Source of the DNA: Diadema antillarum
Taxonomy: Eukaryota
Length of the DNA stretch: 64,000 bases
Assembly: GCF_040938485.1 (NCBI RefSeq)
Contig: NW_027271817.1
Span: 186,001 to 250,000 of the forward strand
Direction of reading: 5' to 3'
This document shows positions 42,256 through 54,553 of the stretch, piece after piece. Numbering within the stretch: the first letter of the stretch is position 1; the number at the start of each line of letters is the position of its first letter. The notes under the pieces are model-generated. The model was not told the DNA's origin and ran no database searches. It worked only from the letters and a program-made list of their open reading frames with translations. The position numbers and the translations under genes were made by a program.

Positions 42256-45200
42256 GTAAGTCAGAATGGATCAAAAGGGAAACGAGATATCTTATATCTA
42301 TAAAGCCTTGACTTCGTTACCTATTCTATATAATATTATGCTTCATTTTGCTGTTTGATAAGGACGGTTCTATAGGGCAATTACCCCCTGGACTATCACC
42401 AAAGACCTTTCCCCTGACCGAAGCCTAATCCTGTAAATCCTGAACCTAATCCTAACCCTCACCCAATCTCTAGCAACCTAAATCTAATCCTTACTCTAAT
42501 TTTTACTCTAACCTTATTACTAACCAGTATTTAGCCCGGGGAGTAATTGTCCTCGAGGGTACTTGCCCTGATACAATAAGGACCTCATGCACGAGAATCA
42601 TTAATGGACAGCACCCCTTGCTCATATTGTCTTGTCTTCTCAAATGTTGTACTTGCAGAAACGAAACTAAAAATGAAAGGCTAAGTATTTTGAGTATTTT
42701 ACATTCTTTCTCACCTGGAAACTAGATTGATATATATCTGCTCTCGGTTTACGATGAAACTGGGAAACTTCAATGTACAACATAGTTATCATTCGTTGAG
42801 AGTTGGACTCTCAAGGGATATTATGTTCATAAAAGATCTTTTGCTTATGAAAAATCTTCTGTATATGAAAACCTCATTTCATTCATCCTCCGCGCCCTAG
42901 TCCTGAGTTAATCTCATCTCTAAACATGTCTTCCTCCTACAGTGTTGTCACCATAGTTCGGAGGACAAATAAAATCACTATACCTATTCGTAAACATTTC
43001 TTCCGAAGCAAAAAATAATAATCTCTCTTAATTATTCGAAAATTACATTAAACGAGCTTTGTTCTGAGAACGTGACTTCTTCACACCTGAATGCATGGTT
43101 GGCATTCATAACGTTTCCGACTCTTCGAGAGCTGCGCTCTGAACTCTTGAGGAAGTGTACAAAAATATAAACATGTTTACGGTGAAATTTAACCTTCTAA
43201 TTAATGGGTGTCATGATACAAGGACCGCTTTGCTTTCAGTGACATTAGACTTTGCTGTGCACAGCGAATCATTCCTGATATTCTTTTGTTTTCTTCAAAA
43301 ATCTTTTTTTTTTCACAAATGTCCTAGATTTGGACGTTTACTTATTTCCTTACATTCTCATTACCAGCACCAGCAACAAAAGGAACGGAAGAGATATTAC
43401 ACAGTTACTCAGTTTGGTTTCTGCACTTTCCATGAAAATCATATATGAGTTAAATGTACACATGCATTTTTTACTTTGAACACAAATTTACATAATAGAT
43501 TCGCCGTAAAATGATCATGCCATATGCGAAGTATTCAAACAAATTCAGTGAAAATAAACAAATCGATGCTATACTTATTTCCGGTTTGAGAGAGAAAAGA
43601 AAAAAAAATGCAGGAGTGTGCTTGATAGTGATTTCGAGTTGTTTGTTTGTTTTCTGGTTAAACTCGAGAAACATTTTTTCAGAACTTCTTCCCAAACAGA
43701 TCAAAATTCTTAAACACTCAGTTTGAAAAAGCATACCATTGTCTCCTCTTATAGACGATTTTTTTTTTCCTGACCGCTTGTTTTTGTGTGATGTGCTCAC
43801 TAACTGTATATCGGTAAACACGCCTACACACAAAGATATACATCAGAGGGGAGATAATGGGATCAATCAAGGTAACATCTGGTGGTAAACAGAAATTCCC
43901 ATCCACGGCATCGTCTCTGTGTTGCTGAATGACGTAGACTGACGCCAGTTTAGAAGAGATGAAAAGCAGAAATTGGCCTAGATATGTGTGTGTAGGGGGT
44001 GTTTATTTTTATACAGCAAAGCAATCTAAGATGATACATTTGGTGTTCACTGAAGCTATTCCGATTGTTTGCGCAGACACTGCATTACTGAATAGATGAT
44101 TTCTGTAATATATTAAATTTTTATGCACTATATATGCACACGGTTATGGAAGGAAGGAGTTCGTTGTATTGCGGTCAATGCTTGGCGTTTGGAGCTTCAC
44201 TGTATACGGTTGAGCTTGAGAGAAACGTGTAATGATTATCTAAAGATCCAAAGAATAACGAGTGAATTCGCTCTTTTGCCGTCTTTCATATGTTTCTTTT
44301 CATCATCTATTATAACCGGTAAGTGTAGCACAATACACATGATCATTGAGAAATCATTCGATTTGATTTTGCTGTTGTCCTTGGCAATCTTGGGTAAGCA
44401 AGCATGCAGATTAGTAATGAATCAATATGACGTGTGCATGACGTTGTGACCAACCTAATCCGCATCCAATCCATTTGTTCAGTGTTCATGTTTTCTTTTC
44501 TCTCTTTCTTTCTTTCTTTATACGTACCTCATTTAGGCACACTATATACGTAAATTTAATCATTATGTGTTCTCCGGGTTTACTATTAGAATTCATTATC
44601 TTTTCTTAATCTATTGTAGAAAAGACTCAGCATAATTTTGGAGGCATAGATACACTTGCAATTAAGTTTTTGTTTTCAAGTATGTGTGTTATATAAGTTG
44701 CGTAAGTATAAGGTCTAACAACTTGCGCTATAATATTGTCGCCCCCAATAGATAAAACATACATTTGCTTTTTGATTTTCTTTGTATTTTGATCAGAGAA
44801 AAGTCTTATGATGAAAATGAGCTCATTATCATTTTTGATTGCTCAAGACTTGCATAAAATTGCAACAGCTATGAATTATGTTAATTGACTTCAGGTTAAA
44901 ACAATATCGAATATAGACCGATTTTATTATAGTTTTCATTTTTTTTTATATTCTTTACATTGTGTAAGCATTATGAGATAGTGAGTAACCACTGAAATAT
45001 ATGTATCCACCAGCGTTGTATACTAATTGCATTGATTATTGCTGTTAAAATGAAATCAATTTATGAAATAAAATCAAAACGAAATGCAATGTAAAGTAAC
45101 AACTAAAGATCAAGCTAGTATCTTACCACATGTGGTACAAGATTCGCAACGATAGCACTCCTAACATTACCAGTATAAATGTAACAGTGTCGCTGTTGCT

Positions 45201-45938
45201 ATCACTGATGTTGTTGTTCGCGAGTATTCTCGTCCATTTTGTTTCATGAAGTGGCTGTACACAATTCCACTTTTGCGAATTAGAATAGGCCTATAATGTA
45301 TCCATGCAGGATTCTTCGGAAGGCTTCCAAAGAGATTCTATTAATAGAACTTCTTTGACGGCTTCCAATCTTTATTTTTTATAAATTCCGCATTCTTTGA
45401 GAGTTATCAGATAGTTCATTTAAGACAGTTACGGTTTTTATTCTCATTTAGTATTCTTTCTGTATTAAATTTTCATTCTTGATCGATAGGATATACACAA
45501 TATTATCACACACAAGTCATCATAAATGGTAAAGTGACATATCTGACCGACAGATATGTCACTACAGACAGATATGTAAAAAAAAATAATGATAAAAAAA
45601 AATGTTACAAGGCATATTATGTTCAGAGGCCGTTGTCCAAGTCAAGCGATTTGCTTATTGATAACGGTCTCCCCCACCTGTACACTTAAAGATCTGTATA
45701 ATGAAATTCATGTAGTATTTCACACGATAATATACTTGTAATGTTAAATCTTTTCATGACTTGTGAAATATGTTTGATAATGTTATACTTATTTTCTGTT
45801 ATGTAAAAGTGGAGAAATAAAACTTACTGAAACTGAAACTGAAAATGGGTTTTAAACAGCACGCACACTTGCAGACAATCGTAAATGTAATTCTATTTTT
45901 ACTTGAAAATCTGTACCCATCAGTTCAATCGAGGAAAG

Positions 45939-47565
45939 ATGGGAAACGCTCCTCCAAGTTACCTGACGCAGGAGGAAATCGCTGACCTCAGATACCACAC
46001 AAACTTCAACCGAGATGAACTACAAGCCTGGTATACAGAATTCTTGAAAGGTATTAGGACCTTATAGCTATTCTTCTATCATCCGCTTAATTCCTCTTCA
46101 TCTTGGTAGCCTCCCCCTTTTTTTGTTGTTGTCTAGTCTCCATAAATACCTCCCGTCTTTTCCATCTTCGCCAGCTCTTCATCCCGTTCTCATCGGCCAT
46201 CTTTCCTCCTAGAGATTTCCACCCCTTTGCATTGTATTCAGTGATTTAAAGACCCCATTGCATATCATGTATCTGATGACTGCAAATGCATCATTCCAAA
46301 AAATAAAAGAGCATGGATTCTTGATATACGTTTTATAAGTGCTAGTGTGAATGATAATTTGGTAACTGTATGGGCAAATGAGCTTTCGCGTTCTTGCAAC
46401 GGGTTGCATTTGGTGCATATCCTCATAATGATTCGCTTTGGCATCTATTCCATAGCGAATCATAATCGAAGGCAGCAACTTATCAAGAAACCCATAAAGA
46501 GCTACACGATGTCCAACGAACTCTAGTCCGTTGATCATCGTGTAGCTCTTTGGGTTTCTTGATAAGTTGCTGCCTTCTTTGTTGCCATACTATGAACATC
46601 TTTTTTTTTTTGAAACGCTTCTGGATATATTAATAAAGCAAGTTGAAACACGATGTTACACATCTGTCTTTGTCTGTTATAGAATGTCCTGAAGGGAGAC
46701 TTACCAAGGAGGAATTCTGTCAGCTCTACGCCAAGGTTTTCCCCCAAGGCAACCAGACGAAGTTCGTTGACAACGTCTTCCGCACGTTCGACACCGACAA
46801 GAATGGCACCATCGATTTCCGCGAGTTCGTTTGCGGTATCAGTGTCCTGTCCAGGGGATCGCACCACCACAAACTCGCCTGGGTGTTCAGTCTCTACGAT
46901 ATCGACAACGATGGCTACATTACCAAAGAAGAGATGCTTAGTATCATAACAGTACGTTTCCTTTTCACATTCTTTCGTTAACACACAGACACAAGAGACA
47001 CAATCATAGACAAAACTGAGACGGGTTAGGTCATGTAGTACGTTGGGCTTACAGAAGTGATTAGTTCTGTAATTATGTCGCATAGTTGGAAGTACTCAAT
47101 GTTTCCTTTTGATACGCAATGCAGAACTTTGAGGCATAAGAAGAACAAGTAAGATCCTTAAAGCGTGACGGGTCCTTACAATAGTTTAAAAAATGTCTAC
47201 AAATTACAAATGTCTGAATTTGCAAGAAACACAGATGGTTGCCGTTGTGGAAATGCATATACCCAAACTAACAACGATGATATCCACCTTATAATTCAAT
47301 TCCTGTCCACGTACTTAATTAGCCTGATGAACCCGCGTTACCATCTCAATAATATGAACTGTGTTACCTTCATTTGCAGGCAAAAAGTAAACTCGTCGTA
47401 GAAGTGGACCAGCAGCTGCCACCCGAGTTCAATAACTTGACCCCGGAAATGATCACGGAGCAGATCTTCCAACAGGTGGATGAAGACGGTGACGGCAAAT
47501 TGACTCTCAGTGAATTCCTGGAAGGCGTCACGAACAATCCTGCCATTGTTTCCTTACTTCACTGA
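45939..47565 (+). CDS. Neuronal calcium sensor family protein (neurocalcin/hippocalcin/NCS-1-like), paralogue 1, 188 aa
   Basis: Exons 45939-46050, 46683-46951, 47380-47565 (112/269/186 nt). MGNAPPSYLTQEEIADLRYHTNFNRDELQAWYTEFLKECPEG; canonical EF loops DTDKNGTIDFRE, DIDNDGYITKEE and DEDGDGKLTLSE; CPxG in the inactive EF1. Confidence 0.93.
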
Positions 47566-50500
47566 GATAACAGCGAGACCAAAACTATTCTACCCCACCT
47601 TTTCTCCCCTCCACCACCTCCTCCTCCTCCTCCTCTTCCTCCTGTTCGGCGTTTAGGGAGTGATCGCTTTGGCTCATTCCCCTCCAGGAATTATGACTTT
47701 TGACTTCATCTGGCAAAAATGCTGTTAAGAAAGATTTGCATTATTTCTGGGATCAAGTGATGGTACGTGTTTGAATGATTGTGGAGTGAGGAAGCAAGAA
47801 GCTCTTTTCAACGAAGTCACGACTAACAAGAATTAGTTGCATTGCTATGTGCGATGCAAATAATCATTTATGACAATAAGAAATGTGGAATACAACTATG
47901 AATATTATCATCATCACGGTATTTCACTGTTGTTCATCGCTCTGGGTGCACTTCATCAGTACGGCGTGAGCAAAGATCTGATAGGTGCATTAATTCTCCT
48001 TCTTCATAATTATTCTTCCTTTCGGCACATTAGCGAAATGCCGGAGAATGCCATCAGTGAACAAACGATATATGTATTGCAATTACGTGTTTAAGGTATT
48101 GCCGGTGAAATATCTATATATATCATGTTCAAAAAGCTTTTAAAAAGTTCTCCCAAAAGATCCGCCTTCAAAAATGTCCAAATAAAAAGAATGACAAGTG
48201 AATATTCATGGTCAATGGAAGTGTTGGAGAGGGTCATCCCCACTTCCACACGCGGAAATCTTTCCAATTTATAGATTTGGACTGACCACATGATCAGTCA
48301 CCAAAGAAATTATATATCTTATCCAAATTTCAATTGTTTTACTCATACCTTTATTGCAATCATTAATCTTAAGTGCAAATTGAGAGTGCAGTGTTCTGAT
48401 AAAACAATTTATTGAGAGATGAGAGGTGAAAGAGGACATTATGAATGAAAGGTGAAAAGGGGGTCATTCTTGTGTTGTAAAATCAGTGTATGGGGTTCCA
48501 GGGAGGGTAAAGTACCTCTGAGGTCGAACAGTCGCACCTCTCGAGGTGTTGGTCCGCTTTGGCCCCACCTGACATTCAGCTCTCATCTGTGGTTCCAAGT
48601 AGCTGTTTACATGCGACAGCGGCCACCACACCCGTGCACTGTGTCGACTTGGCGGGCCAAACTATGTGAGATTAGCTGCGGGCCTCATCACCATCCTGTG
48701 AAGCACATGACTTGTTCTTCCTATTTGGAGACTGTTCCGATGGACTATGGACAGATGAGATCAACAAGTAGATCCAATGGCCAGAAAAGCGGTTCAAGGC
48801 ATTGTGGAGTGCTTAGGGCAGGCCTAGAGCACGGAAGATGACCTGGCCTTCCACTGCAGTCAACGAAGCTACCAGCGTGCCATCTCGTCCCACCTCCCTG
48901 ATTCTGCGATCCAGAGGATGGGGTTGTTCCCGCGCAACAGCTTCTCCATCTAAATCTCACTCACGCGCAGGTTTTTATTCTGCTAGCTTGCTGATCTTCC
49001 TAAAGGTCCTATGGGGAAAAGGCGAACCGACAGGTGGAGGTTACCACTTACTGTCCTTATTTTGGAAGCCTTCCCTCTTGTATTATGGCCCACATAAGAT
49101 ACACAGTTGTAAAACCGAAGAGGTCTATACCAGAGGTGCATTGTGTGCCGTGTATACTTAAGGAAAGTGGTTGCGACCATAAATGCATCTTGTATTTCTT
49201 TCTTTCTTGGTCCTGCCGTGGGGCACTTTGCCCCACTATGGGGCCTACGTATTTTGTGGTGTAACTGAAGATATTCTGTAAGATTCTGTAAAATGTTGAT
49301 ATGTTTCCGTTGGAAGTGGAAAAATAAATGAATAAATAAAATGAAAGAAAGAAAAAAGATGGGTGATATACATAGGCGTAATGGAATATAAGGACCTTGA
49401 GTTGTGAGCAGATAACATTTTCAACCGAGTTACGCTGTGCAATGAGCCAGTGGCTTTACCTTTAATTCTCCTTGAGTGTCCTATTTGTGTTGTGCAGTTA
49501 AAAAGGTCTTGAGATATTATAGAGAATATGCTTTGTTGCTTATTACTTCATATACCTTCTCCACTTTCTTGACATTGTGTAGTGCCGTGAGAAGAATGTA
49601 TAAGCCTACAAAGCCCATGTGGATTGAATAAATGCAGGAATATTATAGGAGAACACATCAGCGAAGCTTGAGAAAAGTCTGACGATCCGCTGAAAAGTTA
49701 GAAATTCTTAAAGTTCAGTGCAGCCATCGCTCATGAATGAAAATTAGGTCTTATATACAGTTAGTGACGCACAGCAATAGAAAACAAAAAATAATCATAT
49801 TTCCTAATCATAAAAGTACACATTCCCTGGACTTTTTTACTGACATGTGTCTTGCGGGAGCATATCACTATAGCTTGAAAGTCACCGGACTACATGGGAG
49901 GTGTATTGCGATTGGATGTGGAGTTCGGAAGTGAAATAATGCATAACTGATGAAATCATATATCTCAAGTTTATGAAAGTAAACTGTTCTCTGGCCGACT
50001 AAAATGTTATGACAATTACAGACTAAAAAGCAAAAATAGAACAAGGAATGTTCACAAAGTTTTGACCTCCCCCCCCCCCCAAAAAAAAAGTAGAAATGAA
50101 AAATCCCCAATAGTTATAAAACACATGCAATACGAACCCTCTCCCTAAAAATTATGTCTCTCAGGAATTAATCAATGATGAACCAAACAAACTCGGCCCC
50201 GATGATTTTCAAGTCTTGTGAAAAATCTAATCTGCAAAAGACCGATTCATTGCAATTTTTGCCGTGTGTTTCACAAGTTTCACAAACTTGAAACCATTCG
50301 GCAGCAACTCAATATAGCATCGTGCGCTCCATGGTGTACGGAACAAAATATGGCTGCTAACATTTCTACCACAAGGCTGGTAAACGCTATGGATGAGTGG
50401 ATATGTACTGCTTTAATCGAAGTGGGTCATAGCACTGATAGGACAATCTGTGTCAACTATTCATGAACTTTCCTCAAAAGATTGTGACACCATGAAGTCT

Positions 50501-50779
50501 TATGGTGAGAAATTACCGATCCCGCATATTTCATAATTCCTGGACATATTATTGTCAAATTAAACATTACTGCGGCTGAACATTTCTATTGTACATAAGA
50601 GAACTTAGCTATACGCTGATTTACCACCAGAACCTAAATCTTCACGTTTATTTTTAGTAGACGACTAGCTCCTATACCTACAGTTTACCTAACCATTTTA
50701 TTTCCCTTTTTTTAAAGACTTGAGAGTATTTATAAAATCTATACCACTTTCTTATTACGTGTTTCTTGATGATATCCAA

Positions 50780-50969
50780 NNNNNNNNNNNNNNNNNNNNN
50801 NNNNNNNNNNNNNNNNNNNNNNNNNNNNNNNNNNNNNNNNNNNNNNNNNNNNNNNNNNNNNNNNNNNNNNNNNNNNNNNNNNNNNNNNNNNNNNNNNNNN
50901 NNNNNNNNNNNNNNNNNNNNNNNNNNNNNNNNNNNNNNNNNNNNNNNNNNNNNNNNNNNNNNNNNNNNN
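50780..50969. other. Assembly gap (190 N)
   Basis: Run of N. Confidence 1.
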
Positions 50970-51270
50970 GGGAAAGATCTAGTGCCCTATTTTTCTTTTG
51001 TTTTTGTTTTTCTGTCCTTATCGTTACAGACACATACATTGATTGTCAATTTCATTTCAAATTTAATATACAGTGTATCTTCATCTCTTTCCCTGTGTAG
51101 TAACAACCGTGACTTGTATGTACGGCTGATTAGAGTTATCCAGCTGTTCGTGTTATATACAATTTTTCATTTTCAGATTAAATATTCAAATTCTAACGGA
51201 TACAAACAGAACAGTCAATGGCGACGTGATATAATGTAAGAGAGAGAGAGAGAGAGATGTTTGTTTATGT

Positions 51271-51400
51271 NNNNNNNNNNNNNNNNNNNNNNNNNNNNNN
51301 NNNNNNNNNNNNNNNNNNNNNNNNNNNNNNNNNNNNNNNNNNNNNNNNNNNNNNNNNNNNNNNNNNNNNNNNNNNNNNNNNNNNNNNNNNNNNNNNNNNN
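51271..51400. other. Assembly gap (130 N)
   Basis: Run of N. Confidence 1.
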
Positions 51401-53297
51401 CATTTCAAAGGCAGTGTCTTCAACACAGACATGATTATAAGAGGTATATAGGGACATCTGCATATTATATTTGGTTAAAATCTAATCATCCATTGTTGAG
51501 TTATCACGATTTGTTTTTTTTTTTTGTCTTTGTCGATTTTTATAGAATATTATATGCTCAAACCATATATATATTTCTTAAATTGCATTCAATGATAATT
51601 TTTGCCCATTTTTGTCCCACCCTTTTTATGGTTGTTTTTGGTATGTCGTGGTTCCTTCCTTTTGGATGTGCTTTTTTTTTTCTTCTTCTTCTTCTTCTTC
51701 TTGCCCCTATTTATTGCAAATCCAGTTCTTTTTTATGCGACTCATGATTTATGTAACAGTGTATAACGACATACAGTTTTAATATTGTATATTTGCTCAG
51801 GGGATCAGCCTCTAAAGGCCAATGGCCTACTGCTGATCTCCTCCACCATTTATTTTAATTGTTATGTCAATCTGGAACACACACTTTTTAATTTTTAACT
51901 GTGATTATGTATTTATCCAAAATAATTTTTGGTTTGTATATGTATGTGTTAGAACTGATTGATTGTGTATTTATATGTTTTTACCTGAACTGTGGAAATA
52001 AACTGAAACTGAAACTGAAACTAATTATTGGGAGATTACACTTATTCTATGTCCTTTGTGATCCCTATGACGTTTGACCCTTGACCCCGTGTCCCTCAAA
52101 TTGAATTGTTTACTTTTTACTTCATTATGAACACAGTCTGCAAGTTTAGTGAAAATTCAGTCCTTCAAGTAAGCGGAGATGATTTTTTGTGACCTTTACG
52201 TTCTTTGACCTTTCACCTCATGACCCCAAAATTCAAGCGTTACTTCCTTCCCTCTTCCCTCATTATAAACATGTCCTGCTCGTGAAAATTCGTTTACCGT
52301 TTTTATTTATCTTGTACACAAACAGTCAGTCAGACAGACAGACAAACAAACTTACATAAAACCAAACATATATAACCTCCGTCGGCCGCAGGTTTCACCT
52401 ATACTGGTGGAGGTACATTATGGAAACTGGAAAAGACCGCCTCCATGCGTGGGTCGCAAATATTCAAATATTCAATGGACCGAGCATGTTGTCGGCTCCG
52501 TTTCAACTCAACTTCAATACTATTACAGGTGTATTCAATGGCAGAAAGCTACTTCTCTGCCGGTAACAAGCGTATATATGCTATATGTATGATATTTCTC
52601 CACAGAATAAACTCAGCCTACCATAACTTTGTAAACATGATTCAAGCAGACTGACAACGCCGTCAATCACCCAGACGAATCAAAATCTAGAAAACAGCAA
52701 AAATCTGTATAAAAGAACGAGTTTCACCTTGCTGCGTACCACTATGTCGCGGGGGAGGTATGGCGATAACAATGTGTGATAAAGCTGTACAGTCGCCGTA
52801 AATTAAAGCTGCATGTCCCGACATTGATTTGGCGATAGAAGGTAAGCATTCAAATCAGTTCTACATGAAATTGTTATTTTTTTCGTTAATATCAAAGCCA
52901 TGACAAAAAACACACAGTAATACTAATACATGTATGAATATAAGTTTCATGTCGAGGTGTCGTGGTCGAGAAGGTTGATAGGTGTGCTTTCATGCGAAAT
53001 CATAGACCTATATATTATATTTTGTATCATAAGGTTCGAATCTTGTCACAATATTTGTGTCTTTGAGCACGAAGATGTTTTCAGAATAATAAGAGTCTTC
53101 GACCATTCTTGGTATAAGAAGCTCGATGCTATAAACATATATAGTGTGATCAGGGTGAGATTTCTCACCTCCCTGGTGTGATTGGCTTTTAGTGAAATTG
53201 TGTTCGCAGTCAGGTGGCAGGTTAACTCCCTCAGGGGAGAAGAGTAAGAGAACTGTGTAAATTTGGTCCCAGTCTGGGTTAGCAGTAAAGCGCGCTG

Positions 53298-53344
53298 AGG
53301 ACAACGATTAGGACAACGATTAGGACTACGATTAGGACAACGAT
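53298..53344. repeat. 12-bp tandem repeat (AGGACAACGATT) x4
   Basis: Direct reading. Confidence 0.85.
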
Positions 53345-54553
53345 GACGAAAACATTTAACACGTTCGCTCTAGAGCAATTTTCCGCCACTTCCTTGCTTC
53401 TATACACCAAAGTCATTACTAAACCACCGCATCGGATAAAACTGTGATAAATTAGTCAAACCATTGTCATATCGCACTACTCTTTTACCTAAATCTTTTC
53501 TAACAATTACTCGTAGATGTGTTAATCTGTCTGATTTGTAGTCAATCAACGCTTTCAAAGCTCGAAGAAAATATGATTAGCATGATAACAACAACAACAA
53601 AATTAACAGATTATGATTGATTATCCCGTCAAAAGCCAAAAGCGATCCTATATTGAGGAACATGGATGTTCTCACGCTTTCCATTGTTATCTATACTCAT
53701 GATTAAAACTGGGGGAATTTCAAAATAAAGAGGCGACAGATAATAGATATGTTATGGTAAAGGGATTTCATTGACTTTACAACGAAGGGGAAAGTAAGAG
53801 AAACAACACCAGCAGTGAACATACAATCTCACACGCAATGGCTCAGTTAATCCTAGTTCCTAGTTAAGCCTAATTGATACTAACAGTTTGAACACAGTAC
53901 TGCTCCCCTCCTATCCATATGCTAGTACCTCAATCAAAAAGAAAGAAATCGTATTGCAACAAGCACTTTGTATGGGATTGTTTTGTTTCTTTTGTTTATG
54001 TATTAGATACTCGCACAATATACACAATGTTCTATATGAAATCATAATCGCCGTTATGAATGCTATTGCCAGCGAATTCGGTAGCTTTCTTTCTCGTCAT
54101 GCGATAACGTAATATATTGACTCTCGTCCCACCTATTGCCAATTCGCTTTTGGAACTTTTACTGTATATTGTCTCAGCATTTATTAGCATTTGGCTGCTG
54201 TTTGTCATATACCTAAACATTAGGTTTTAAATCAACCGAGACTACTTCACTTCGCTTCTGTCCTTCTTTGTCGAAATTCCATCTGTACATTATATATATT
54301 CCTTACTTTTTATATACCTTATGAGACAAATTCATCTCCTTGCAACCTCTCCTTTTCCTGACTCAACAGCTGAATTTAGATGTTACCAATCCTAATCAAC
54401 ATCATATCAAACACTGCACCTGAGAGTAGACATTTTTAAGGAGCAGATCTTGCCGACGTCCAACTGAAGCGACAATCAACTCATCACACGATCCTGGAAC
54501 AGTCCAGAAATTAGCCTTCCTCAAGGACGAACATCCCGAGGCAGGAGGCAACA

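Noticed and set aside
42180-45900. A third NCS paralogue upstream of 45939
   Set aside because: No EF-hand-coding sequence found; only possible non-coding exons. The two small gaps are too short to hide a full gene.
50720-51463. ORFs of 64-157 aa around the gaps
   Set aside because: Artefacts of translating through N runs.
53298-53344. Short direct-repeat array (CRISPR-like?)
   Set aside because: Contiguous 12-bp units with no spacers, in a eukaryotic context with no cas genes.
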